From the IMG/VR virus record IMGVR_UViG_3300028883_000046, positions 11,718 through 75,717 of that record: a stretch of 64,000 nucleotides of DNA, one strand, 5' to 3'. Of the stretch, positions 27,853 through 37,458 are shown one piece after another. Below the pieces are notes generated by a model. The model did no database searches and was not told the DNA's origin. It saw nothing but the letters and a program-made list of their open reading frames with translations. Source of the stretch: a virus. The position numbers and the translations under genes are program-made. How positions within the stretch are numbered: position 1 is the first letter of the stretch; each line of letters opens with the position of its first letter.

Positions 27853-28434
27853 TTAGTGTTTGAAAAATTGATATCCTTCTGGTTGTTTTTCAATTTCTTT
27901 TTGTTTCTTTACTGCCTCTTTGGGCGTTTTACTTTTATCTGCCATTCTCAATTTTTCAAGATCTTCCATAGTGAGAGAAATTTCATTTGTAGAGTTCTCG
28001 AGGACTTTTTCGACCGATTTGGAAAGCGCTCTTTTTTGTTCCCAATAACCTCTATATGAAGCGGCAAACTTTTCAGGAGTTGGCACATATCCTCTAATGA
28101 CTTGAAAGGTACACATAAAAAGTAGATTGAAAATGTCGTTTGGGTCTTCGATGAAAAATCTCTCCTTCATATGACCATACAGTGCTGAGTCTTTACTTCT
28201 CAATCCCCAACCATCTTTCAGAAAGCCAAAAGTAATTCTTGCTCTTCTGGCAAACTCTTCTGCCGTCATTGCTTCGGGTTCGTCAAGTTTTATTCTTTCA
28301 ACAAGGATTATCAAGGATTTTATTGCTTCCTCATATGTTGTTGGCTTGACAACCTTAACAACGTCCGCACCCGAAAAAAGAATTGCTATGGCGTTATATA
28401 TGGATTTAAATAAGGTTTTAATTCGTTTCATCAT
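27853..28434 (-). CDS. Hypothetical protein
   Basis: 193 aa packed ORF. Confidence 0.6.
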   Translation of the reverse strand: MMKRIKTLFKSIYNAIAILFSGADVVKVVKPTTYEEAIKSLIILVERIKLDEPEAMTAEEFARRARITFGFLKDGWGLRSKDSALYGHMKERFFIEDPNDIFNLLFMCTFQVIRGYVPTPEKFAASYRGYWEQKRALSKSVEKVLENSTNEISLTMEDLEKLRMADKSKTPKEAVKKQKEIEKQPEGYQFFKH

Positions 28435-28834
28435 CCTTATCCTCCTCTTTGTAAATAAGATCGAGAGACGTATTTTTTATTACTTCTTTTTGCGTATCAC
28501 TAACCGAAAAATAGTGAATAACTTTTTTCTCCCTCAGATCGGGTCTAAGTTTGGAAATAATTTCTTTTGCTACTTTTAAAAGGATCTCTTCGTCAAAGGT
28601 AAACAATTCAGTTTTGCCTATAGAACTTACAGAATTGCTTTCCTCTATTTCTTTTTTGCTTGATTTGTTCCATCTTTCCCGAAATTGAAAAAGTTTTTCT
28701 TCTATACTATCCAATATTTTTCGTAAAGATTTTTTGGATAGGTACATGCCAAGCTTGCCGTCGGTAAAATCGACCACTTCGGACATTACTTTTTTATCAT
28801 TGGATAGTATTTGAAGCTCTATTTTCAGTTTCAT
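28418..28834 (-). CDS. Hypothetical protein
   Basis: 138 aa packed ORF. Confidence 0.55.
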   Translation of the reverse strand: MKLKIELQILSNDKKVMSEVVDFTDGKLGMYLSKKSLRKILDSIEEKLFQFRERWNKSSKKEIEESNSVSSIGKTELFTFDEEILLKVAKEIISKLRPDLREKKVIHYFSVSDTQKEVIKNTSLDLIYKEEDKDDETN

Positions 28835-28838
28835 ATCA

Positions 28839-29096
28839 TCAAGTCTTCAAAAAGGTTTTTGGATTAAGTTCTTTTATTACTCTTGAGATGCATTGAAGTA
28901 TTCCGTTTAACCTTGGGTGAACAAGGATCATAATGGCAACATGCAATTCGCCACCGCATTGAATACAATTATCTCTATAAATCTTTGAAACGTCTCTTTC
29001 GAAAATGCTTAGGTCCAGCTCTTGAATTTTCCCACACAAAGGACATTGAATTCTCGGCTTAGACTCTTCCCGCGTTATTTTAATCAACTCTCCCAT
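28839..29096 (-). CDS. Zn-ribbon hypothetical protein
   Basis: CPLC...CIQC. Confidence 0.55.
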   Translation of the reverse strand: MGELIKITREESKPRIQCPLCGKIQELDLSIFERDVSKIYRDNCIQCGGELHVAIMILVHPRLNGILQCISRVIKELNPKTFLKT

Positions 29097-29403
29097 CGAT
29101 CTCTCCTTTTTCTTCGGTTAATGTTATTTTTATTCTATCCAAAATTGATTGAATTTTTTGTTGATCTTCTACTACACTTTTTAGAGCTTCCGAAAAGTTG
29201 TTAACTTTTATACCTCTCTTTCCTTGAAAGAAATCTCTTATTGTTTCTTTTACAAAAAATGATGCATTCATTTTGTTGATAGATTTATTTTTTGAATCTG
29301 CCAATTTGAATTGTTTTCTTGCTATAAGTACTCTTTCCGAATAGATAGCATCAGGCGAAGAGTCGTCCTCTATTTTTATTTCGATTGACATTAAAGGCAT
29401 CAT
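29080..29403 (-). CDS. Hypothetical protein
   Basis: AGGAGG RBS; packed ORF. Confidence 0.55.
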   Translation of the reverse strand: MMPLMSIEIKIEDDSSPDAIYSERVLIARKQFKLADSKNKSINKMNASFFVKETIRDFFQGKRGIKVNNFSEALKSVVEDQQKIQSILDRIKITLTEEKGEIDGRVD

Positions 29404-29951
29404 AGCCTCCTTTGCGAAGTGTTACCAATTAAGACTTTATAGATCTTTTGCAGATCGTCGTTGGTTAGCTCTATCTGTTTATATTTTACTTTATATTCTT
29501 TTGCCTTTCTAAACCAATAATCGTCTCTTTCTTTATCGTCGCTATGATACTTCATTTCATAGAAAACACTTTGAATGCCAACCGAGCTGATATTCTTTAG
29601 GCACATAATGCATGGTTGTAGAGTACAATAAACCTTTGCACCAGATAGATCCCCTAAACCTCCCAAAGAAGTAATTTGATTCAAGGCATTTTGTTCTGCA
29701 TGTATTGCCGGACACTCTTGATATTTTTTATCTCCCTTATCATCTACTTTTAAAGATCTTCTGTGGCAGTATTTTGGGCCGTTGTCGGTACACTGAGGCT
29801 GGCCAGGCAAGCTTCCGTTGTAACCTGTGGCTATTACTCTTTTGCCAAGGACGATTACTGCTCCGGTTGGTCTTGAATTGCAACCAGATCTAATGGCGGC
29901 AAGTTTTGCAAGAGCCATAAAATATTTGTCCCAAGGAATTCTATTATTCAT
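29400..29951 (-). CDS. dCMP deaminase
   Basis: 'WDKYFM', 'TGYNG', 'HAEQNA', 'PCIMC'; likely start at MNNRIPW. Confidence 0.92.
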   Translation of the reverse strand: MNNRIPWDKYFMALAKLAAIRSGCNSRPTGAVIVLGKRVIATGYNGSLPGQPQCTDNGPKYCHRRSLKVDDKGDKKYQECPAIHAEQNALNQITSLGGLGDLSGAKVYCTLQPCIMCLKNISSVGIQSVFYEMKYHSDDKERDDYWFRKAKEYKVKYKQIELTNDDLQKIYKVLIGNTSQRRL

Positions 29952-30038
29952 ATACACTCTCCAAGATATGCAACAAATATTGAGGCAGAAATAAGGATAA
30001 TCCAAACTAAAATTGACTCCCAATCAATTCTCATTTTA

Positions 30039-30785
30039 CTATTCCTTATTCAAATAATGCATTACAGCGCCGAGTTGATAATCATAACAATGGAGCCCTT
30101 GAGAAGCAAAGGAGAGCGGGCCGGGATCAATGGATAGCTCTTCTGCTATGTATTGATTTAGCAAAGCAAAGCCACCCATGTTTTCGGGAAAACCTGCATA
30201 TAAATCCCAGGATCGATATATGATGCCAAGAAGTACTTTGTTATCCTTGATTTTGATATCGATGCCGCGAAGACAAGGAGAGGTTCTCCGATCGGTTTCG
30301 TTTTTATAAGGGAAGTCATAATTGAAGTTTATTGTCGGATCGCCAATTGTAATAAAGCAATGATTATTTCCAAATCCTTTTTCTTTGAAATGACGGATGC
30401 ACCACCCGAGCTGTGATTCGTTATATTTGGAATCTTTATGAAGCGGAACGCTTGGGTTGAAGTATTCGCCATTGATCCAGGTTGAGTAGCGATACTCTTC
30501 ATTCGGTGAGAGATTGGGATCCATGAGATAGTTGGCAAAGTACTCTTCTATTTTTTCATCCGTAGTAGTTGGCGGTATCCCTGCGGGCATAATAGGGGCA
30601 AGCGGTCTTGTGTGCGGGTATCGAATAAAGCCGGCTGCAAAAGGAATTTCTACTCTCTTGCCTCCCTTGTTTGATCCTTCTGTTATTTTAAATTCATATC
30701 CATAATCATAGCAATGACTAATCAGTTGGAAGTAGGCATCGTCAATATTGTTTGCTTCTATCAGTGCTGGTTTAAGATCTTTCAT
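30039..30785 (-). CDS. thyA: Thymidylate synthase (short ThyA-family)
   Basis: 'SPCL' catalytic Cys, 'YRSWDLYAGFPEN' (Asn indicates dUMP specificity), 'LHCY'. Confidence 0.8.
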   Translation of the reverse strand: MKDLKPALIEANNIDDAYFQLISHCYDYGYEFKITEGSNKGGKRVEIPFAAGFIRYPHTRPLAPIMPAGIPPTTTDEKIEEYFANYLMDPNLSPNEEYRYSTWINGEYFNPSVPLHKDSKYNESQLGWCIRHFKEKGFGNNHCFITIGDPTINFNYDFPYKNETDRRTSPCLRGIDIKIKDNKVLLGIIYRSWDLYAGFPENMGGFALLNQYIAEELSIDPGPLSFASQGLHCYDYQLGAVMHYLNKE

Positions 30786-30787
30786 TT

Positions 30788-31042
30788 TTACTTTCCTCCC
30801 TTTTTCATTCCTTCAACAAAGTTCTTTTTAAGTGCTTCTTGCATTTCGTGGAGGCATGTACCGCAAATGCGCGGCATGCGCGAGTATTGATTTTCCCCTT
30901 GCCAAAGAAATTGCCATAGCGAAGTACTTGGCAACTCTATTACATGGGAGCTGAAATCGTTGCAAAAGTCGCAAGGGTTGTCCATACTAAAATCGTCTTC
31001 TTTTACTCTTTCGTTATGAAGGACTATAAAACTTGGTTTCAT
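30788..31042 (-). CDS. Zn-finger hypothetical protein
   Basis: CDFC...CGTC. Confidence 0.55.
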   Translation of the reverse strand: MKPSFIVLHNERVKEDDFSMDNPCDFCNDFSSHVIELPSTSLWQFLWQGENQYSRMPRICGTCLHEMQEALKKNFVEGMKKGGK

Positions 31043-31055
31043 GAAAAATCTCCTT

Positions 31056-31658
31056 TTATTTTTTGTCTTCGAATGTAAAATTGGTTGAGTTTAAATCCTC
31101 AATTAATTTTTTGAATTGGGAAGAAATCAAAGAGAGATCTACTTCTCCCATTATTAGTTTCATCAAGGTTTCTCTGCCCTTCATGATATGTTTTTTCTTG
31201 AATTTTACTGCCATTTGGCTTTTCTTTGTTAAAACACCGGTGAACAAATGATAAGTATTCCACCAATAGGCATAGACGAATTGCAGTTTTTGGCGGATCA
31301 ATATGAAGTCTTCGTCTTGAACGTCCTTTAGTTCTTTTATTCTACCCCTCAAAACTTTATTGAAGCTATTGCTCCATGTGCCGAATTGTCTCTCTATGTC
31401 CTCGCAAACAAGAAGCCACTTAACACGGGAGTTTTTTGCTTCTCCTTTCTTCTTTTCTTTCCGAAATCTATTCAACATTGCCTCAATTTCGGAAACAACA
31501 ATATCAATTTGGACCATTAACTCTACCGGATGCATTTGTTTAAGCTTATCCTTGTCTTTTTCAACACCTTCGAATTTCAGCTTGTAAACTACTACAAGCT
31601 TGTCAAGTAGAGCTTCTATATTCTCTTCTTTTTTAATCTCTGCCATTGTCATTATCAT
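31056..31658 (-). CDS. Hypothetical protein
   Basis: 200 aa packed ORF. Confidence 0.6.
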   Translation of the reverse strand: MIMTMAEIKKEENIEALLDKLVVVYKLKFEGVEKDKDKLKQMHPVELMVQIDIVVSEIEAMLNRFRKEKKKGEAKNSRVKWLLVCEDIERQFGTWSNSFNKVLRGRIKELKDVQDEDFILIRQKLQFVYAYWWNTYHLFTGVLTKKSQMAVKFKKKHIMKGRETLMKLIMGEVDLSLISSQFKKLIEDLNSTNFTFEDKK

Positions 31659-31861
31659 CTCCCTTTCCCAAACACAGTTTTAAATTTTTCACTTCTAAGG
31701 GTAACGTATAATCCCCATGGCCAAACGAGTCCAATCAAAAACGTGCTTAACAAAACTATCCACGTTTTGTAGCGATACATTTCCTCTTTGATTTTTATAT
31801 ATAGGTAAAGAGAAGCAATAACAGAAATAGCCAAATAGATAATCAAAAAGGTTAATATCAT
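31655..31861 (-). CDS. Small 2-TM membrane protein
   Basis: Two hydrophobic segments. Confidence 0.55.
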   Translation of the reverse strand: MILTFLIIYLAISVIASLYLYIKIKEEMYRYKTWIVLLSTFLIGLVWPWGLYVTLRSEKFKTVFGKGR

Positions 31862-32280
31862 TTTTCCTCCTTTGGTTTGATCCCAATTTTAAGATTTGTT
31901 TTCATTCTTAACCTTAGTTGTTGTTTGCTTCCTATTTCTGTGAAGTCTTGGATAAATGTTTTATCTTCCTTATGATAGATTGTTTTGCTGATAAATCTCT
32001 TGCCGTGGTTGCTGTCTTTATAGGCAATATATTCGAAAGTATAAACGATATAGTTTCCTCTATCTTCCATGTTGTCTGAGCCATCGATTATAATGACTTT
32101 ACTTTCTCTTGCATAGTTCGACTCATAAAGAGCTATAAGCGCTTGCCTTTTCATTACCTCTTGCGCGATTTGATTACATTCGTTTGCATTTAAACGAATG
32201 GAAAACGAATCTACAAGGAAAATTATGAGATAGAGAATTAGGGAAAAGCATAACATCATAGGCAAAAGACTTTTCTTCAT
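31858..32280 (-). CDS. Membrane-anchored or exported hypothetical protein
   Basis: N-terminal hydrophobic segment. Confidence 0.55.
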   Translation of the reverse strand: MKKSLLPMMLCFSLILYLIIFLVDSFSIRLNANECNQIAQEVMKRQALIALYESNYARESKVIIIDGSDNMEDRGNYIVYTFEYIAYKDSNHGKRFISKTIYHKEDKTFIQDFTEIGSKQQLRLRMKTNLKIGIKPKEEK

Positions 32281-32576
32281 TGATCGCCTCCTTTATGTTC
32301 AAGTATTTGGAAGTTAAACTCTTCGATAAAATTTAATGCTATCTTTCGGCAAGACACTATCGAATCATATTCTTTTTTCTCAGGCGAGCAAATAGTAAAG
32401 GCGTGTTTTTTACCCATTGGTCCTCTACCAAATACTTTTATTTTCCAGGTAAAGAAAAAATCTCCCGGCTCGTTACTTCTTTGATTTTTGTCGATATAGA
32501 TCTTGCAATTTCTTCCTCGGCTATCGGCTCTTTTTTCTTTTAGCCTATATCTTTGGTTGAAGTTCATTTTATCCAT
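32277..32576 (-). CDS. Hypothetical protein
   Basis: 99 aa packed ORF. Confidence 0.55.
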   Translation of the reverse strand: MDKMNFNQRYRLKEKRADSRGRNCKIYIDKNQRSNEPGDFFFTWKIKVFGRGPMGKKHAFTICSPEKKEYDSIVSCRKIALNFIEEFNFQILEHKGGDQ

Positions 32577-32579
32577 ATC

Positions 32580-33362
32580 CTATTTTGAATTTTTTATTTT
32601 CTTTCCTGCATATTTTCCCTTCTCCCATGATCTTCTTCTTCTTACCTTTTTTAACTTCTTGAAAAACGCTTGTGGTCTGCACCATGCGAAGAAGTCCTCG
32701 AGCCGCGCAACAACAAACTCCCATTTGTCATACCAAACAGTCACAAGAGGACCGCAATGTGGATAGACCCATCTGCCATTGTTTTCTCTTAATAGTTCAA
32801 AAGTTTTTTTGGAAAGAACTATGCAGGATTGTTTTTTATCTCTTTTGAAAATGAGAATAACTTCCTTGATTTTGTTTTGCTTTGCCTCTGCATATGCTTT
32901 TTCGAGCCATTGAATTAGGATTGGCGGCTTAGACTTCCTCTGCTTTTGATATACAAATTTATCGACAATATCCATCAAAGATATTCCCGTTTGAACCGAA
33001 TTCGTTTCTTTCCCGGTCTTCTTCGATCTCCTGGTAATTACTTTATTGCCATAGCCTCTTTTTATTTCTATCAAATAATTCGAGGTAAGAGGGTATCCGC
33101 TCTTATCAAGGGCACAAACATCTCCGGCAGAATTGGTAGTCAAACATGATCTTTTCATTCGTTGGGTGGCTCTTGCGCCGCTTCCAGCAGTACGCCAGAA
33201 AATATCATCATTTTCGTTTTCGCTATACCACTTGGAAAGTTGTTTGCATATGTCTCGCTCGTAATTACTACCTTTCCTTTTGTTTGCGCCTCCCTTGCCT
33301 TTCTTTTTCTTTTCAACCGGTTTTGCTTTCACAGGATCTTTTACTCTTCTTTTAATCGCCAT
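32580..33362 (-). CDS. Holliday junction resolvase (Hjc-like PD-(D/E)xK)
   Basis: 'KGSNYER', 'RTAGSG', 'GDV', 'IEIKR'. Confidence 0.75.
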   Translation of the reverse strand: MAIKRRVKDPVKAKPVEKKKKGKGGANKRKGSNYERDICKQLSKWYSENENDDIFWRTAGSGARATQRMKRSCLTTNSAGDVCALDKSGYPLTSNYLIEIKRGYGNKVITRRSKKTGKETNSVQTGISLMDIVDKFVYQKQRKSKPPILIQWLEKAYAEAKQNKIKEVILIFKRDKKQSCIVLSKKTFELLRENNGRWVYPHCGPLVTVWYDKWEFVVARLEDFFAWCRPQAFFKKLKKVRRRRSWEKGKYAGKKIKNSK

Positions 33363-33990
33363 CTTTGAATCTCCTATTTCTTCTAATCGTTTTTATTCTC
33401 GATTTTCCGTTGATATGGTCAACCTTGAATATCTTATCCGCTATGGCTATTAAATTGTCGTCGTGCGTTATAAGTATAACTTGAAAATTGAACTTCTTTG
33501 AAAGTTCTTTTAAAATTAAACCTGTAACCTGAGATAACTTGCCGGTCCATTTAAAAGGCTCGTCCAGAATAAAAACATTTCTTGCTTTATAGGATGACAT
33601 TTGCCACATTACTATCCTAAAGGACATTGAAATAATATCAAGAATACTTCCTCCCAAATCGTCTTTGGGTTCGAGTTCCTCGCCATTTTCTTTTATGATG
33701 ATATATGAAGAGATGCCATCTCTCATCTCTTTATAGACAAGCTCTAAAGTGAGGTCCCTATTAAAGATTTGTCGAATCGCTCCCGTTATTATTTTTTCGA
33801 TTTCTACCTTGAACTTTTGATGAATCATTCGGATAGAGTTATTTAAAATATCCCTTGCCTCGATATAATTCTGTAACTCTTCCTCAGCGCCTCTTATCTC
33901 CCTGTCAATGTATTTGTTTTTCATTAGACAGGTGGCTTTTTTGACAACTAAGGAATCGTATTCTCTTTTTATTTGTTCATACTCTTTCAT
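33352..33990 (-). CDS. SbcC/Rad50 C-terminal half
   Basis: Coiled coil, degenerate signature 'LGGS', Walker B 'ILDEPF', H-loop 'ITHD'. Confidence 0.85.
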   Translation of the reverse strand: MKEYEQIKREYDSLVVKKATCLMKNKYIDREIRGAEEELQNYIEARDILNNSIRMIHQKFKVEIEKIITGAIRQIFNRDLTLELVYKEMRDGISSYIIIKENGEELEPKDDLGGSILDIISMSFRIVMWQMSSYKARNVFILDEPFKWTGKLSQVTGLILKELSKKFNFQVILITHDDNLIAIADKIFKVDHINGKSRIKTIRRNRRFKDGD

Positions 33991-33994
33991 GTTG

Positions 33995-34234
33995 TTAATC
34001 CTCTAAATCGATCAAAGATAAAAAGTCTTTTGCCTTCTTTTTAAGTTTAAAGGACTCTTCCTCTAATTCCTCTAATTCCTTGTCCATTTTTTTCAATGCT
34101 TTTCGAGCGCTTTTAACCGTGGTTATTTCATACTTCGAAAGCTTTTTCTTCTGTTCCTGAACATACTTTTTTTCTACCGCGATACTTATTTTTACTTCCT
34201 GGATTTTGTCTTGTAAATCTTGGATACTGGTCAT
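33995..34234 (-). CDS. Small coiled-coil protein in the SbcCD locus
   Basis: Heptad-rich, 79 aa. Confidence 0.6.
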   Translation of the reverse strand: MTSIQDLQDKIQEVKISIAVEKKYVQEQKKKLSKYEITTVKSARKALKKMDKELEELEEESFKLKKKAKDFLSLIDLED

Positions 34235-34237
34235 GTC

Positions 34238-35152
34238 TCAGCCTTTCGGTACGAATTCATGGAAAGCATTTCCTATTGTTTTGGAAAGTAGTTTATATAC
34301 CTTTTTTGGATTGGAAGACTTTTCTATAAGCTCATGAATAATTTCCACAACGCTCATATTGTCAAGATTAGGCATTTCAAACATATCGCCAATATTTTTT
34401 TCTTCTTTCTCTTTTGCATCCTTGTTTATATTTTTTCTTAATACTTCGAACCAAGGCTTGCACGGAATCTCTACCTCTCCAATCTCTGAGGAAGAGTTAT
34501 AGACGTATACTCTTGGATTGTGTTTTCTCATAAAGTCGGACGACTCAAGGCGCATAAGCGGGCCAGTGTTACAGACAATCTTTCCTTTTTTCTTTTCCAT
34601 AAAGTTTCTATGAATATCTCCGCAAATTGTGAGATTGAAATCTTTTACTTTTCTTCGAAACTCTTTTAGCCTAATAAACGAATGCCCAGGGAATAGAGCG
34701 TTTAGATATACAGGCGCATGGATTGAAAGAATATTTGTTTCCTTGCTTTCTTTTACTTTCGGGATATCCTCTCGCCAACTACATCCATACAGATTGACAC
34801 CTTTAAGCTTGTATGGTTTCTTGCCAAGTACTATTGCGCTATTTGTCTTCTCCAGTATACCAATATTGGTTACCACGTTTTTATTTCTAAAATATAGATC
34901 ATGTTGTCCGTATACAGTGAAGAAAAGAGTTTTTGGATATTTATTTTTTAGCGTCAAGAAAGTAAATAGAGCGGTGATATCTCTCGGCGTATCGAAGAGA
35001 TCTCCGGCACATATTATTGGCGCATTGCGTAACCTCAAAGATAGATCGAAAATAAATTTTAATTTAGCTTTTGCATCCTTGAGAGGATCGCCAATTCTAC
35101 CTCTTGGAATTCTACTCGTTATGTGCGGATCAGATATTAGAATAAAATTCAT
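34238..35152 (-). CDS. SbcD/Mre11-like metallophosphoesterase nuclease
   Basis: 'SDPH', 'AGDLFD', 'GQHD', 'GDIH'. Confidence 0.88.
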   Translation of the reverse strand: MNFILISDPHITSRIPRGRIGDPLKDAKAKLKFIFDLSLRLRNAPIICAGDLFDTPRDITALFTFLTLKNKYPKTLFFTVYGQHDLYFRNKNVVTNIGILEKTNSAIVLGKKPYKLKGVNLYGCSWREDIPKVKESKETNILSIHAPVYLNALFPGHSFIRLKEFRRKVKDFNLTICGDIHRNFMEKKKGKIVCNTGPLMRLESSDFMRKHNPRVYVYNSSSEIGEVEIPCKPWFEVLRKNINKDAKEKEEKNIGDMFEMPNLDNMSVVEIIHELIEKSSNPKKVYKLLSKTIGNAFHEFVPKG

Positions 35153-36095
35153 CTTTCATCCTTTTAACGGTTGACTGCTTTATGGCAGATAAACAAACAG
35201 GACATTTTTTACTCTTCTTCAATCCTTCAATAAGTTTGTCGGTTAGATCAAAGAATTTATTTTTAAGATTGCCAACATTTCTTGAGGCTTTTATAAAGTT
35301 AAGGATGTCTTCTTTTAGGCTTTCTAAATTCTCTTTTCTCTCTTCGATTTCCTTTAGCTTGTCTACTACCCCAACCGCTTGCAATGCTTTTTTTAACCTT
35401 TTTGTTTTTCTTTCCGATGCAATGATATTAGCCATCGTAGTTTCTATCATATAAATTTTCTTTTCCAGATTTCTTTTTCTTCTTTCTACTCTTCCCAACT
35501 TGCTTATTGTAGGATCAATTTTATGTATATCCTTGACGACTTCAAGGGTGTCAAGGATCTTTGCTTTTTCCTTTAGCAGATCGGTCAAAATCAAATCACT
35601 ACTTTTTATTGCATCTTTAACGGCTCTTATCCAATTGTCTATCATGTTAATATTGGTAATTTGATTTATCTCTTTTGTCACATTTGGAGGACTGCTTAGA
35701 ACCATATAGGGAGGGTCTAACTGTCTCTGAACATTAATCGCTCTTATACCAAGTACGTTGTAAACCTTGTTTGGTACGTTTCTATTTAGCTTTCGAAATT
35801 TCCAAGTTTTATCTTTTTCAAGATCTTTTACTATATATTCGGTCTCTTTTCCTCTGATTAGTTTTACTTCTTTGTTATCCGTTGTCCTTAAAGTTATTTC
35901 TGTTTGGGCGTCTTCATCGGCGAAATTACTTTTCCAACGATTGAAAGGGCGAAGCTTCCGCAACATTTCAATCGCCCTAATGATATTTGTTTTGCCGGCC
36001 ATTCCTTCGCCAACTATTGCGTTTACTCTTTTTGAGAATACTATCTTGGTATCCTCGTAACTTCTAAAATTCTTTAGAGTCAAATACTTTATCAT
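35130..36095 (-). CDS. SbcC/Rad50 N-terminal half
   Basis: 'LKNFRSY', Walker A 'GEGMAGKT', coiled coil, zinc hook 'CPVC' near the C-terminus. Confidence 0.85.
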   Translation of the reverse strand: MIKYLTLKNFRSYEDTKIVFSKRVNAIVGEGMAGKTNIIRAIEMLRKLRPFNRWKSNFADEDAQTEITLRTTDNKEVKLIRGKETEYIVKDLEKDKTWKFRKLNRNVPNKVYNVLGIRAINVQRQLDPPYMVLSSPPNVTKEINQITNINMIDNWIRAVKDAIKSSDLILTDLLKEKAKILDTLEVVKDIHKIDPTISKLGRVERRKRNLEKKIYMIETTMANIIASERKTKRLKKALQAVGVVDKLKEIEERKENLESLKEDILNFIKASRNVGNLKNKFFDLTDKLIEGLKKSKKCPVCLSAIKQSTVKRMKDEFYSNI

Positions 36096-36390
36096 AGACT
36101 TCACCTATCTTTTTTATTCTATCCAGTCTTCGTTGCCTTTTCCTATGTTTTTGAAACAAGGAAACAACTCTTCTTAATTCGTTAGAATATGTTCGAAGTA
36201 TAGCCAGTTTTTTTCTTAAAAGAACTTTTGCCGCTTCTGCTCCAACGTCTTCGTCTATTGCTATAAATTGCGGCGTCATACCGTCAACCAACTCGATCAA
36301 ATATTTAAAATGTTTTTTTATAGAACCCGTTTTTATTGCTTCCTCTACCTCTTTATCGATATCAAGGATCGTCCTTGGATTTTGTGGCAT
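36064..36390 (-). CDS. Hypothetical protein
   Basis: 108 aa packed ORF. Confidence 0.55.
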   Translation of the reverse strand: MPQNPRTILDIDKEVEEAIKTGSIKKHFKYLIELVDGMTPQFIAIDEDVGAEAAKVLLRKKLAILRTYSNELRRVVSLFQKHRKRQRRLDRIKKIGEVYDKVFDSKEF

Positions 36391-36394
36391 TTTC

Positions 36395-37279
36395 TTAATC
36401 CTTTAAAAAAGCATTCTCCCATTTTTGAAACTCTTCCTTTTCCAAGAAGCTTCTCAGACCGTATTTTGAAAATGTTTGGATAAACGCTTTTCTGCTATAT
36501 CTATTCCGCCTTATTACTTTGCTTAGGTTATCATCAAGCGGTAGCTTCACCAGCGAGAGATTTTTCTTTATTGTATCTTTGCCCTGCTTTGAAGTGATTC
36601 GCTCGTATATCTTGCCGGCAATCAATTCCTTTCTGACATATTTAAGCGCTTTGGACTTCGGTTGTTTCGGATCACTCGCACCTTTAATGCCTATAACGTT
36701 GTCACCAGAGCAACCGCCAATAGCTTTACATAAAGGCCATTGGGAAGGATCAACTTTATACTTCTCTAAAAAATCTTTTTTGGTAAACTTTTTAAGTTTC
36801 TTTGGCGATACTATATCACAATCGTTTAGGCACTGGAACATATCGTTGTCCGCGCTTACCATGATTACTTTTTTTGCCTTCAACTTTTCGCATATGTAGG
36901 CCATTAGGTCGTCGCCTTCATAACCTTTCTGAATAAACAAATTTCGGAAACCCATGCTTTTCAAGGCGAAGTCTCGTAACTCTACTTCCTGATTAAATTT
37001 GTGGTTGAAAAGTTCAAGGTCTTCCTTGCTAAGTTCTTTCCTGTGTTTTACTCTTTGCGCTTTGTAGACCGGGTCGATTTGCTTTCTGTAGTTTACCGAA
37101 TGATCAAAGCAAAAATAGAAATGATTTGTTTCAAACTTTTTGGCAATGGCCAATACCTTTTTTAAAAATCCGTAAATTACTCCCGTTGGTTTGTTATCAT
37201 ATGAGAGGACACCATAAGAGAAAAACGCTTGATATATAAGTCCGGATGAATCGACTATGATATGATTTTTGTTTTTCAT
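36395..37279 (-). CDS. 5'-3' exonuclease / flap endonuclease
   Basis: 'IVDSS', 'YKAQR', 'EGDD', 'SADNDMFQ', 'GDNVIGIKG'. Confidence 0.9.
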   Translation of the reverse strand: MKNKNHIIVDSSGLIYQAFFSYGVLSYDNKPTGVIYGFLKKVLAIAKKFETNHFYFCFDHSVNYRKQIDPVYKAQRVKHRKELSKEDLELFNHKFNQEVELRDFALKSMGFRNLFIQKGYEGDDLMAYICEKLKAKKVIMVSADNDMFQCLNDCDIVSPKKLKKFTKKDFLEKYKVDPSQWPLCKAIGGCSGDNVIGIKGASDPKQPKSKALKYVRKELIAGKIYERITSKQGKDTIKKNLSLVKLPLDDNLSKVIRRNRYSRKAFIQTFSKYGLRSFLEKEEFQKWENAFLKD

Positions 37280-37458
37280 TATCTCTCCGAGGCTCGTTTA
37301 AATATTTGTTCTAATACTTCGTATTGATTTTCCGTCAATCTGCCGTTTCTTTGAAAAAATTGTTCGTAATCAATAACAAGATTTTCTTCGTTTTCCGTTA
37401 GATTATCGTATTCCATAAATCTGAAAATATGCTCAATTCTTTCCTCTACTTCTTTCAT
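37279..37458 (-). CDS. Small hypothetical protein
   Basis: Likely start MKEVEER at 37458, overlapping the RecA stop; 'LTENQ..LEQI'. Confidence 0.5.
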   Translation of the reverse strand: MKEVEERIEHIFRFMEYDNLTENEENLVIDYEQFFQRNGRLTENQYEVLEQIFKRASER

